Positions 33,826-45,211 of a DNA stretch of 64,000 nucleotides are shown here, in pieces. A program made the translations under genes and the position numbers. Source of the DNA: Thecamonas trahens ATCC 50062 (lineage: Eukaryota > Protista > Apusomonadida); NCBI RefSeq assembly GCF_000142905.1, contig NW_013657647.1:1-64000 (forward strand), given 5' to 3'. Positions within the stretch are counted from its first letter, which is position 1. Every line of letters begins with the position of its first letter. The notes below the pieces were generated by a model, which saw only the letters and a list, made by a program, of their open reading frames with translations, ran no database searches and had not been told where the DNA came from.

Positions 33826-36628
33826 ATGCGTGACCGAGTGGGGGGCTGGACTCGTACTCGGTGGCTGTCTCTCGTATATACGCTTGCTGTGGTCATGACC
33901 CTGGCTGCGGTCATGTGCGGGGTGCCGACCTCGGCAAGCACACCATCTTCACAGGCCTCACCAGCCTCACACACACACTCACACACACACGTACACACCA
34001 GAAGTGATCCACAAGTACGTGCTTCACACCCTCGTCGACACTGTATCCCCCTCTACCTCCCCCTCCTCCCTCCCCCCCCCCCCCCCCTTCCCCCCCCCCT
34101 CCCTCCTCCCGTCGCTCGCCCGCCTCGCTCCCCCACGCAGCAGGAGCTCTCAAAATCCACATCACTCACCTCTCCTCACCCCCACCCGCCTGCATCCGTT
34201 CTTCTTTGCAGAGAGAGGCTCTCATCGCGCTGTATGATGCAACCGGAGGGCACTCATGGAAGGTCAAGACCGGATGGGAGCTGCTGCACTTTTCAGACTA
34301 CTGCGGGTCCGATACACACTCGGCTTGGTTTGGGGTCTACTGCTCGTCAGGCGAGGTCGTTCTCGTCACGCTCCCGGAGAACAACCTCGTTGGCAGCATT
34401 CCTGACGAACTCTCACAGCTGACGGCACTTGTCAGTCTCGATCTCCGCGGCAACAAGCTGAGCGGGGCGCTGCCGTCGTCGCTCTTTACCCTCTCGCAGC
34501 TCAGTACGCTCCTGCTCAACACCAACAGCCTCGACGGTACGTTGCCGTCCAACTTTGCTGGCGTCGCGAGTCTGGTCTCGGTCGACGTCTCGTTCAACAG
34601 TTTTGTCGGCGCGCTCCCGCCGATCTCCTGTCCCAAGCTCTGCTCGCTCAAGCAGCTGATAGTGTCCAACAACAAGCTCTCCGGCCCCATTCCGGACACG
34701 TTTACCGCACTCCCCTTTCTTGAGCTTGTCGACCTCTCGCACAACAAGTTCACCGGGCCGATTCCGGCCACCCTCCCGCACATTTCCGACCTCGGCACCG
34801 TCAAGCTCGACAACAACTCGCTCACCGGCACACTTCCGGCCGCCTTTGCTGGCGCCTCGCTCCTGGCCACCCTCTCTGTCGCCGACAACAAGCTCTTTGG
34901 CCAGCTGCCGGACCTCTCTGCGCTCGCTGATCTGACGCTCTTTGACGGCTCGGCCAACGCGTTCAACGGATCCGTCCCGAGCTGGGCTGGGTGCTCGCAC
35001 GACATGGTGTGTCACCTCGAGGGCAACCCGCGGCTAACTTGTCAGACTGCGTGCGAGGGCAACCACTGCCACGTCGACTCGTGCACCTCTTGCGTCCTTA
35101 CATACTGCTCGTCATCGAACGAGTGCCTCGATGCAGGCGGTGGCTGCCCGGTCTGTGACCTCGACTCGCACCGGTGCGTCCCGGTCGCCGCCGACCCGCC
35201 GCCGCCGCCGCCGGTGGCGCCCGGCCCCACCCCGCCACCGCCGATTGTGCCCATCACCTCGGCCACGTTCACCTCGTTCTCGTCCACAAGCGCGACCGCG
35301 ACCGGCTCGAGCAACGCGACGTCGCACAGCCCGCCGCCACCGGCCTACGGTGCCATCATTGGCGTCGTCGTCGCCGTCGTCTGCTGTGTCGGCGTTGTCG
35401 TCGCCGTCGCCATTGTCCGCGTCCGCCGCTCCTCCGCCGTCACCCCCGAGACCGTCGGCCTCCTCGCCGCCGCCCGTCATGGCCGCCGCCAGGGCATGCA
35501 CTCGGTCAACGAGTCGGGCTCGGGCTTCTATTACGTAGTCGACGGTGCGGCCGAGGAGTCGACCTCGGACGGCCGCATCTCAGGCGGCTCCGATGGCTCG
35601 TTCCGCACCGCAAAGGACCGCACCAAAGAGCTCTCGGTCCGCTTCGACACAGCCTCGTCGGGCAAGCGCGGCGAGGTCTTCACCTTTGTTATTGACACCC
35701 GGCTCGAGGTCATCAAGTGGTCCGAGCTCGAGATCACTGGCGAGATTGGGCGCGGCGGCTACGGCACCGTCCTCCGCGCTCGCCGTGGCCACACCGAAGT
35801 CGCCGTCAAGGTCCTTCGCGACATCGTCCACCCAGAGCAGGTCCAGGCATTTGTCGAGGAGGCCTCCATCCTCTCCGACCTCAAGCACCCCAATTGCGTC
35901 CTCCTCATGGGCGTCTGCGTCGAGCCGCACCACATGTCCATCGTCACCGAGTACATGCGTGGCGGCGACCTGCACTCGGTCATCTACCCGCATGACGACT
36001 CGCTCCACGGCTCGCCATCGGCCTCAAACCTCACCCGTCGCCGCCGCTTCCAGATCCTGTACGAGGTCGCGCTCGGCCTCGAGTACCTGCACGCGCGCGG
36101 CATCGCCCACCGTGACATCAAGCCGCGCAATGTCCTCCTCGACGACCGCGCCCCGGCTACCGCAAAGCTCGCAGACTTTGGTCTTGCTGGCCTCAAGAAG
36201 ATGGACATCGGCGGCGGCGGCACAGAACTGTACTCGGCCCCCGAGGTCCTCGACGGCCTCACCGCAGACAAGCGCTCAGACATGTACTCGTTCGGCATCG
36301 TCATGTTCGAGGTCCTCTACTCGCGCAAGCCCACAGGCTCGTCGCGGAGCAGCGCCCTCGACGGCAACTCGGTCAGCATTCCTGAGGACTGTCCTCTCGA
36401 GCTCACCGCTCTTCTCCGAGCTTGCCTCTCGCCCAACCCAAAAACCGCCCGCCCATCTCGCGCATCACTGGCGTCCTCGAAGAGCTTGCCGCTCAGAACT
36501 TCTTCTCTGTCCATGCCGCCTCCTCCTCTTCGCTGCCGGCCCCGCACTTTGACGCCCTCCCTACAGACTCACCCTCCCGCCACCGCATCGTCCGTCCCCC
36601 GCCGCCGCCGCCCGACCTCGGCCACTAA
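33826..36628 (+). CDS. LRR receptor-like kinase: signal peptide, LRRs, Cys-rich region, Pro/Ser stalk, TM, TKL-type kinase; intron 34015-34211; frame break at A-run 36440-36444
   Basis: N-cap REALIALYDATGG..W...C...WFGVYC; LxGxIP-type LRRs; TM AIIGVVVAVVCCVGVVVAVAIV; kinase GRGGYG, VAVK, HRDIKPRN, DFG, APE. Adding one A gives PKNRPPISRITGVLEEL. Confidence 0.9.
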
Positions 36629-36881
36629 CCGCCATCGTCGCCACCGCCACCGCTGCCGCCATCGCCAACGTCATCATGCCTACTCCCCTCCTTGTCACTC
36701 CTTACACTGAACATGAACGCGTCCACGCCTTTATCCCCTTCCCCTCTCCCTCCCACTCCCCGCCGTTCACCTCGGAACATTGCGCGGACAGCTTCCTCTG
36801 CCCAAATCGCCGCCACCCGCGCCTGCCACTCCTCCCCACCCCACCCCACCCCACCCCACACACCCATCCACCCACCCAGCC

Positions 36882-38689
36882 ATGGCCACAAAACCCGTTC
36901 TATCTTCCCCACCCGCACCGAGGACAGCCTCGCCCCGGGTCGCCTCGCCGCGACTTGGCCTGAGTCGCGACCAAGTCGACTCGCCGCGCCTGGCCACGTC
37001 CGACATCGAGGCGCGTCTCCCCCTCTCATACGTGCCTCTGACGCAGCTGACGCGACTTGGCGACACCCTAATCTATGGAGCTGCATTTGTTGGCCTGGGC
37101 ATGATGGTAGGCACTCTTGGCCCATCGCTGTACCTGCTTTCGGCTGCTTGGGGTGATGCCTCATCGCCATCAGCCCTCGGCATGCTCTTTCTCGCCCGCA
37201 TGGTGGGGACCGTCATGGGAACTGTTCTCGGTGTCCGAGTCCTCGTCATCCTCTCCAACCAAGCCAATAAGGCCCTCACCCTGGCCACATCCGTCATCGC
37301 CCTCGCCCTGCTCCTCATTCCGTATTGGAACGCAGAAGGCCTCGTCCACGCCCTCTTTGTCCTCCGCGGCGCAGGCGTCGGCCTTGTCGACACCGTGGGC
37401 ACAGGCCTCGTCATGTATCTGTGGGAGAAGGCGTCATCAAGAGCCCTCCACACCATGTCGTTGGCTTTTGGCCTCGGCGCTGTCGTCTCGCCGCTGGTCA
37501 TTGCCGCCACCTGGTCTGCTGACGCGCCTGACACGCCGTACTGGATCATGGCGGTCATGATTCTCCCGCTCGCTGTTGTCGCCCTCCTCCTCCGCTCGCC
37601 GCCGCAGTTTGCCACGCCGTCGGGCGCGTTTGCGCTCGGCTCGCGTCTCCCGCGCCACTACCTCCGCCTCACCGCGCTGGGCGAGTGGCTGGCCGACCCA
37701 TCGCAGCCGTCGCTCGCTCACTACGCCGCCTCGCGCAACGTCCGCGTCGGCGCCCTCCTCTGCACCCTCTACGCCATGGTCGTTGGTGCTGAGCTCGCTT
37801 TTGGCTCGTGGCTCCCGACCTTTGCCATGCGCGCCGGCATCGGCTCGTTCTCGTCGGCGGTCCACCTCTCGGCCGCCTTCTGGGCACGCTCACGCTCGGG
37901 CGGATGGTTGTCCATCCTCTGGTCGCCCACATCAAGCCTTTCTATGGGCTCATGGGCTACGCCGCCGGTGCCACCTTTGCCGTCTTCCTCCTCATCGCCT
38001 GCAAGCCGTCCGAGTCGGCACCGCTCTCGGCGTCGACCCTCTGGGCCGGCGTCGTCATCCTCGGCCTTGCTATGTCGGGTCTCTCACCGACCCTCCTCTC
38101 ACTCTTCCACCTCTTTGACGTCGCCGTCACCCGCTCCACGGTCAACGCACTCGTCATCACTGCCTGGATTGGCGAGCTTGTCGTGCCCTACATCCTCGGC
38201 CACGTCCACGATGCCTTTGAGGCTGGTCTGCACTCGGCCATGCTCATTCTCTTCCTCGCCATCCTTATCCTCGTTGTCGTCCTCTTCCGCTCCTTTGACG
38301 TCATCACCCCGTCCTACGGCTGGGGTGCCGTCAACCGCCGCTCATACACCGCCCGCCCAGACATTGGCGTTGGCGTCACCCTCGACCTCATCTCACCCTC
38401 GCCCACCGACGCCCCGCTCATGCTCCCCTCGGACGACGAGTCAACCTCCGAGTCGGTCATAGACTCGCCGCCGCGCCGCACCACCAACCTTCTCGCGCCC
38501 GTCGACGAGCCTGCCACGTCCGCCGGATCCTCCTCCCCCTCTCTCCCCTCACGCGTCTCCACCGCCGACGCCTTGGCCACCATCCCCGCTACGGTCGCCG
38601 AGCCTCCCTTGACCACGGATGTCTCGGACGACGGAGTCGGCGCTGTTGCCGCTCTCGTCTCCATCCGCAAGGAACTCTCCGATCTCTAG
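36882..38689 (+). CDS. Major facilitator superfamily transporter (MFSD4/FucP-like); frame break at G-run 37882-37884
   Basis: Multiple TM helices, GTLGPSL, GVGLVDT, AFGLGAVVSPLV, VGAELAFGSWLPTFA. Adding one G gives FWGTLTLGR. Confidence 0.85.
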
Positions 38690-39029
38690 CCCGTCATGTT
38701 CTTATACATACCCCTACCCCCCCCCCCTTGATCCCGCTCGCGCAACGCACAACAGCCCATGGCGGACTCAGCCTCCCTTAACAAGCACCATAGCCATCGA
38801 TAGAGTAGTTCTTGCTCAACACCCTCCCCCCCCCCCCTCCCCCCAGCCGCTGGCTCGACTCTCCTATCCTGCGCCAACCGTGGGTTTTTCGCCCCCTCAT
38901 TTTCGTCCATCAAAATGACAGGCAAATATTGATGGTACAATGACACGAGTACGACTACAATTGAAGACAACGGCATTCGTCTCCGCCCGCGCGCGCCCCC
39001 GCCATCACACACACCGGACAGCCGACGGC

Positions 39030-42000
39030 ATGAGCGAGGAGGGACAGCCACCCACGGAACACGAGGTGACCGGGGAGAGTGGGAAGCAAGAGATGGAGGA
39101 AGGCATGGGTGACAACAATGTCCAAGTGCCTCTCTCTTCCTCTGACTCTCCCTCTGCTCTCCCTGCTACCAAGGTGACTCCCGAGGGTGACGACGACAAA
39201 GTCGACGACGCCACCGCTACGCCCCCCACCACCACCACCACCACCACCACCACCACCACCGCCACCGCCACCACCACCACCACCAACGACGACGACGATG
39301 AGGAAGGACGGAATGTGGAGAGTACCGGTGATGAGAAGCAGGACTCTGAACCGTCTGGTTCCTCTTCCTCGTCGTCTTCCAACTCTGACGATGGTGACGG
39401 TGGCAACCACGATGATGATGATAACCATGATGACGACAATGCCGGCATCGGTCCTACCTCTGAGAGCCTAGACTCTGAACCAGAGTTTATCCCTGTCGCC
39501 ACTCCTTCACCACGCTCTGCTCTGGATATCCTCTCCTCTTCTTCCTTCTCCCTCGACGATGTAAGGCCCTTCCTCTTTCCCTTCCCCCCCCCTCCCCTTC
39601 CACCCCCTCCCACCCCTTCCACACCCCGCCCCCCTCTACCCCACCCCCCACCCCCCCACCCTTCCACCCTCCACCCTTCCCCCCTCCTACCCCCCCCCCC
39701 CTCCCACCCCCCTTCCCTCCTTCGTCCCTCCCCCTCCCCCATCCCCCTCCCCCATCCCCCTCCCCTTCTCCTCTGGCACCTGACCATTGGATGCACACAT
39801 TTTTTGTCGGCTCACCACCATTACTATATACTCTGAGTTTCCCCCTCCTACCCCCCCCTCCCCACCCCCCTTCCCTCCTTCGTCCCTCCCCCCTCCCCCA
39901 CTCCCCCTCCCCCACTCCCCCTCCCCTTCTCCTCTGGCACCTGACCATTGGATGCACACATTTTTTGTCGGCTCACCACCACCTCCCTCACTCACTCTCC
40001 TCCCTCTCTGGCTCGCACTACAGCTGCTGGAAGCACCTGATGTCCTCTCGCTTTGTGCGGATAAGCATCCGATGATGGTGGCTGCTCTCTCTCGTGTGGA
40101 CAACATCAAGGCTTTGCTGGCGGCCGCCCTCTCGCCCGGTGATGATGATGGCTCGCAGAAGCGTGCGGGTGCTGCTTGTGAGATCATCACCTTGGATGTG
40201 GTCACCGTTGGCTTGACAAAGACGGATGGTGTTCTCTGTGGCCTCTTTGCCCCCTTCTTCAAGGATGGCCTCGTCGTCGGTGGCGTGCTCGCTGATGACC
40301 CGGAGCCAGACGCAGCAGGTGCTGCCGGGGCGTCGGGGACTGCAGAAGCCGCAGGCTCAGATGGTCAGGGTGACGACGATGACGATCGCCCAGACTCGCC
40401 GTCGTCGATGGTGTGCATCTCCGATTCGGAGCTGGAGGTCAGCACGGCCGCGCTGCCGACCCAGTCGTGGCCGGTCCCGTGCCCCGAGCCCGACGAGGCC
40501 GTGACTGACTACGTGCGGCCGGCGAGTCTGACGCTCATTTTTTTCGCTCGCATTATCACCTTCCTCACCGAGCGGCGGCACACGACCGCGGACCTGTACG
40601 AGGTCATGCGGCGTATGCCAGACCTTCTCCCGCGGATGATGCACTCGATCGAGGACCGGTCGATTGTGGAGGCGCTCCGTGCCATCACCACTGTCCAGCC
40701 CGACCGCACGCCGGCGTGGCTCCAGTCAGTCCGCGAGATCCTGCCGCAGCAGGGCGACCTTCGCCAGTGGCTCCTCGCCAACGGCTTTGTCGAGCGCCTG
40801 CTGCACTTTCTCTCGCCGGCCCGCCCACGCGCCGCCCAGGAGCACGCCTCCATCCTGCTCCGCGTTGCCCTCCAGGGCTCGTCCAACGACTTTGGCACCT
40901 CGATTATCAACACCGACGAGCGCTCCCTCTTTGCCGACACCATCCTCTCGGCGCCTGTTGCCGCCGTCCTCGGCTCGTACTTTGAGACCGTGTGCGCCAA
41001 GGGCCGGACCGACGAGTCGGCTTACGTCGTCGACCTCATCAACGCCATCCTCAAGAAGCTCGACGCGGACATTACCGAAAAGGCCGACCTCGGCCTCGAC
41101 TACCTGGCCCAGGCCCAGGTCCTGTCAGCAGACGGCCTCGACTCGCCGGCGGCCACAGCGGCGCCGCTCGACGATGCCTCGGAGGACTCTGCTTCCGAGC
41201 TCTCCGAGCCTGCGCTGAGCGAGGTCTCGGACGGAGACAAGCTCGAGCTGCAGGCCGCCGCTGACGGTGGCGCCGTGCTCATCGCCTCGCCAGCCGTTGC
41301 CGCCTTTTCCGCGCCTGGCGACGCCATCGTCGATGCTGCCCCTGCGCCGCCGTCGGCGGCATCAGCCGCGGCGAACGAGGATGCTGCCGCCGCCCGCAAG
41401 GCAGCCCGCCGCGCCAACCGCCTTTCCATCGACATGACCGCGCTTGCGACCGGCGCGGCGGCCAGCGCCGCCGGTGCCTCTGGCGCGGTGGCGGCCACGA
41501 GTGCCACCGTCTCCCTCGACCACCTCGGCGCGCCGCCCCCGCTCCTGGTCGAGCTCCAGCCGCAGCTCGCGGCCTGCCTCCGTGTTGTCGAAGAAGTCGC
41601 CGCCGCAGTTGCTGCTGCCGACGCTTCGGACGAGCCGATCCGTCTCGGCCACGCCCGACTCCGCATGCTCGAGCTGCTCTTGCAAGTCCTCGGGTCTCCA
41701 ACCTTTCTTCGGCAGCGCCGGCCCTCGACGCCACCGCCTTTGTCCTCGCGCTCCGGCTCATGCGGGCCTTCCCGTGGAACAACGCGGCGCACCATGTGCT
41801 CGCCGACTTTGTTATTGCTGGCATTGAGACGCCGCACCCGTCGATTGCCGCAGCAGCGGCTTCGGACCCGGTCCGGTGCGCGCTTCTGGATCTTGTCGAC
41901 GCCAACGCCGCCGCCGAGGACTCGGCTGTTCACCGGTTCCCGCTCCGCCTCGGCTACATGGGCCACGTCAACCTCATGTGCTCTGCCCTCGTCTCGGCTC

Positions 42001-42845
42001 TCGAGGCCGGCCGCATCACCAACGACGCGCTCGCCGAGACTACCCAGGTCCGCTTTGCAGCCTACATCTCGGGTGACTACGACTCGTACCGCCAGTACAA
42101 CGAGACAACGCTGGGCGCCGCTGCCTACGACATGTCGATGTCGTTTGCCTCGGACGCCATCCTCCTCGGCTCGGGCGAAGCCGAGGTCTCGCCGTGGGAC
42201 GCCCTCCCCGACGGGTATGACCCCGACAAAGTCGTTGCCGTCGCCGCCTACCGCTTTGTCGGCCAGGAGCCCGGAGAGCTCTCGTTTCCGCGCGACGCCC
42301 TCCTCTCGCACGTCACCCCTATGGAGGACTCGGCCTGGCTGCAGGGCGAGTACAAGGGCGAGATCGGCATGTTCCCCACCTCGTTTGTCAACCTCACCAC
42401 CACTGAGGCCATTCTGGCCAAGCAGGCCGAGGCCTCGGCGGCTTCGGGTGACGCTGAGCGCGAGGACTCGGGCGTCTCGGCTGTCGCCCTCTACAACTTT
42501 GACGCCTCGCACATGGACGAGCTCTCTTTTGTTGCCGGCCAGCACATCTCCAACGTCTGGGTCTGTGAGGGCGAGGACGAGTGGCTCTCTGGTGCCATTG
42601 ACGGCCGCATCGGCATGTTCCCCTCGTCTTTTGTGCGCATCCTCGACGACGCTGCACCTGCCGCCCCAGAGCCCGCCGCTACTGAGCCTGCCGCTGCCGA
42701 CACTCTGCCTCAAGTCCTCCCCGAGGTTCTTCCCGAGCCCGCCGCCGAGGCCCTCCCCGAGGTCCTCCCCGAGGTTCTGCCCGAGGTCCTCCCCGACTCC
42801 GACCTTTCTGCCCTTCCCGACTCGCTCCCCGAGGACGTCGAATGA
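39030..42845 (+). CDS. SAPS (SIT4/PP6 regulatory subunit-like) protein with two C-terminal SH3 domains; intron 39561-40023; frame break at T-run 41704-41706
   Basis: Spliced FSLDD|LLEAPDVLSLC; RAGAACEII; RLGHARLRMLELL; FPWNNAAH; RLGYMGHV. SH3 domains AVAAYRF..QEPGELSF..WLQGEYKGEIGMFPTSFV and VALYNFDA..DELSF..WLSG..GRIGMFPSSFV. Confidence 0.82.
39677..39981. repeat. Imperfect direct duplication (~140 bp) inside the SAPS intron
   Basis: The tract ending CTCTGGCACCTGACCATTGGATGCACACATTTTTTGTCGGCTCACCACCA occurs twice (ending near 39820 and 39981), each with a similar C-rich 5' part. Confidence 0.85.
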
Positions 42846-42891
42846 ACGATGCTCTCGTGCGTGAGCCGCGCCCTGGTTCGACGCCTCTTCT

Positions 42892-44846
42892 TCATTCCTT
42901 GGCCGGGTACTCGGGCCCGCCGGCCGGCGGGACGACCGGATGCCATAGAGTGGTTGTCGGGTCGTCGACGACATGGGCGCGGTCGGCGAGGACAAGCGGC
43001 TCGTCGTCGTCGATGATGACCTCGTGGAGGACGCCGTGGAAGAGGTAGCGGACAAAGAGCTGTTTTCCTCGCCCGGAGTGCAGTCGTAAAAGTCGAGGAG
43101 GTCAGCCTTGGACGAGGCCGGCAGGTGAAGCTGCGAGCGGACAACAAGGAGTTGGAGCTGGTCGGCGACAGGGATGAACTGCGGAAAGTGCGGCGACGGT
43201 GTGTGCGGCGTGATGCCCTCAATGTTGCCGTACCAGGCCTGCTCGATGACCAGGCCGCCATTGGCGGACTCGCGCTCGCGGCGCTCAGCAGCAACAGGCG
43301 CCAGCGTCTTCATCGATTCGGCGACGGCGGCGGCGCGCTCAAGGGTGAGCTCGAGGCGCTCGCGGCGCATGCGCGCGATGCGGCGGGCCTTGCGGCGCTC
43401 CTTGTTCGGGTTGATGACAAGAGCCTTGAGGGCGGCAACGGCGGCGCTCGGCAGCGCTGCTGCGCCGGCCGCCACCCAAAGGTCCAGCGACGGATAGAGG
43501 AGGACCGGGAACGAAAAGGCAAAGCCGGCGCGCTTGACGCCGAGCTCGAGGGTCACGCCCTCGGTGGCGGAAAGCCCGAGCTCGAGCGAGACCTTGGACC
43601 GACGAGAGACGGCGCGCTCGGCGCCGAGCGACACGCTCGCGCCGCCGCGCATGGCAACCGAAGCCTCGGCGAGCGCGGTCGACGAGCTCGAGAGCTTGCG
43701 GCCATACTTGATGCTCAACGAGAGGTCGTCGGGCGAGACCTCAACCGAGACGCGGGCCTGTGACTCGGCCTTGCTACCGTTCGAGGTGACGGCAACCTCA
43801 ACCGAGTCGCGGAGGCCGAACCGGAAGCAGACCGTGGCCAGAAAGGCCTCGGTCATCTGACGGCCGAGGAGCAGTGCCCAGTCAAAGCCGGCCGGCGAGT
43901 TGGGCCGGCACGAGTACGAGGCCATGGCCTCGCCAAAGGCGTACTCGGTAAAGTCCGAGTGCAGAACAAGCCGCGAGGCCTGGTTGCCCATCGAGACCTT
44001 GCCCCAGGTCTTGGCTGTGAGTTGCCTGCGAAGGCCGACGTCGACGCCGCCAACGCCGAGCCCGTTGCGGGCCATGGCATAGCCTGAGATCTCCAGTGCG
44101 TCGCGCGAGGAGATGTGCGAAGTGACCGACTGGGTGACCAGCAGGCGCTCGACTGCCAAGTCACGGCTCGACGACGGCCTCGAAGGGAAGAGCGCGTCCG
44201 AGGCATCGATGTAGCAGTAGAGCTCGCCCGAGATGGAGGTAGCGGCGGCGGCCTCTTCCTCCTTTTGAGCTGTTCGAGCTTGTGGTACTCTCGCATCATC
44301 TCCTCAGGCGTCTTGAGCGTCTCTGCCAGAGCCCATGACGTCTCGAGTCCCTTCTCCCCAAACAAGTCGTAGATCATTCTCTGCCGCTCGTCGCTCAGCA
44401 CCTTGTACGCCTTGGCCACCCGGAGAAAGGCCTCGGATGCTCCCTGCTTGTCCGGGTGCAAGTACTTGGACATACGATGATACGCCCTACGAATCTCATC
44501 CGCACTCGCCTATCTCCCTCCAAACCTCTTCATGAGTCTTCTCCCCTTCTCCATGCCATTGCCCGACACACGGGTCGTGCCCTCCGACCACGCGCGTCAT
44601 GATTGGCGCCAGCCGGGGCCGGGAAGGAGGGGGGGGGGGGGCAAAGGGGAGAGGACGAGGGCACGGACAAGGGTCACATGGGGAAGAACGTGGTGTGCAT
44701 ACCGTTCGCTCTACGTTGAGGACTGTATAAAAGTCAATGTCGCCAGCTGTGGAGCCCAGGAGGCCACCATCGTCAGAATCATTGTCAGAGTCGAACTCGA
44801 GGCGCGAGCCACGGCCCAAATGGTCGAACGACTCGTCGAGTGACAT
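42892..44846 (-). CDS. DNAJC11: DnaJ homolog subfamily C member 11; exon 1 44846-44703, exon 2 from 44509; frame breaks at 44263-44266 and 43063-43066
   Basis: J domain DFYTVLNVERT|ASADEIRRAYHRMSKYLHPDK; AYKVLSD..RMIYDLFGEKGL; GLVIEQAWYG; LLDFYDCTPGEEKQLFVRYLFHG after repair. Confidence 0.9.
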
Positions 44847-44956
44847 TTGTGGCGGAGACGGGTGGCCGGGCGCGAAAGCGACCAGGGCGGGGGGCGGGAG
44901 GGAAGAGAGGGGAGGAGGGGGGGGATGGACGATGCCATACAAAGGTAGGAGATACA

Positions 44957-44967
44957 TACACACACAC

Positions 44968-45039
<72 letters not shown>
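44957..45039. repeat. (CA)n microsatellite
   Basis: About 40 CA units with one TA interruption. Confidence 0.95.
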
Positions 45040-45041
<2 letters not shown>

Positions 45042-45211
45042 TGAAATCTATCCAGGCAAATCATGCGCTTGTTGAGTCCATCTAATGCTGCGTCCACTCG
45101 CTCGTTGCGGGGAACGACGCGACAGCCAAATACGCAGCCAAGTCAGGATCGGCAAGCTACCGGTGCCTACGATGGGTTGGGCTGGGAGGTAGCAAGGCGG
45201 GAGGGCAGGAG

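Noticed and set aside
41100-44159. 1019-aa minus-strand ORF suggesting a large overlap with the SAPS gene
   Set aside because: It is DNAJC11 running out of frame after 43063; the repaired gene stops at 42892.
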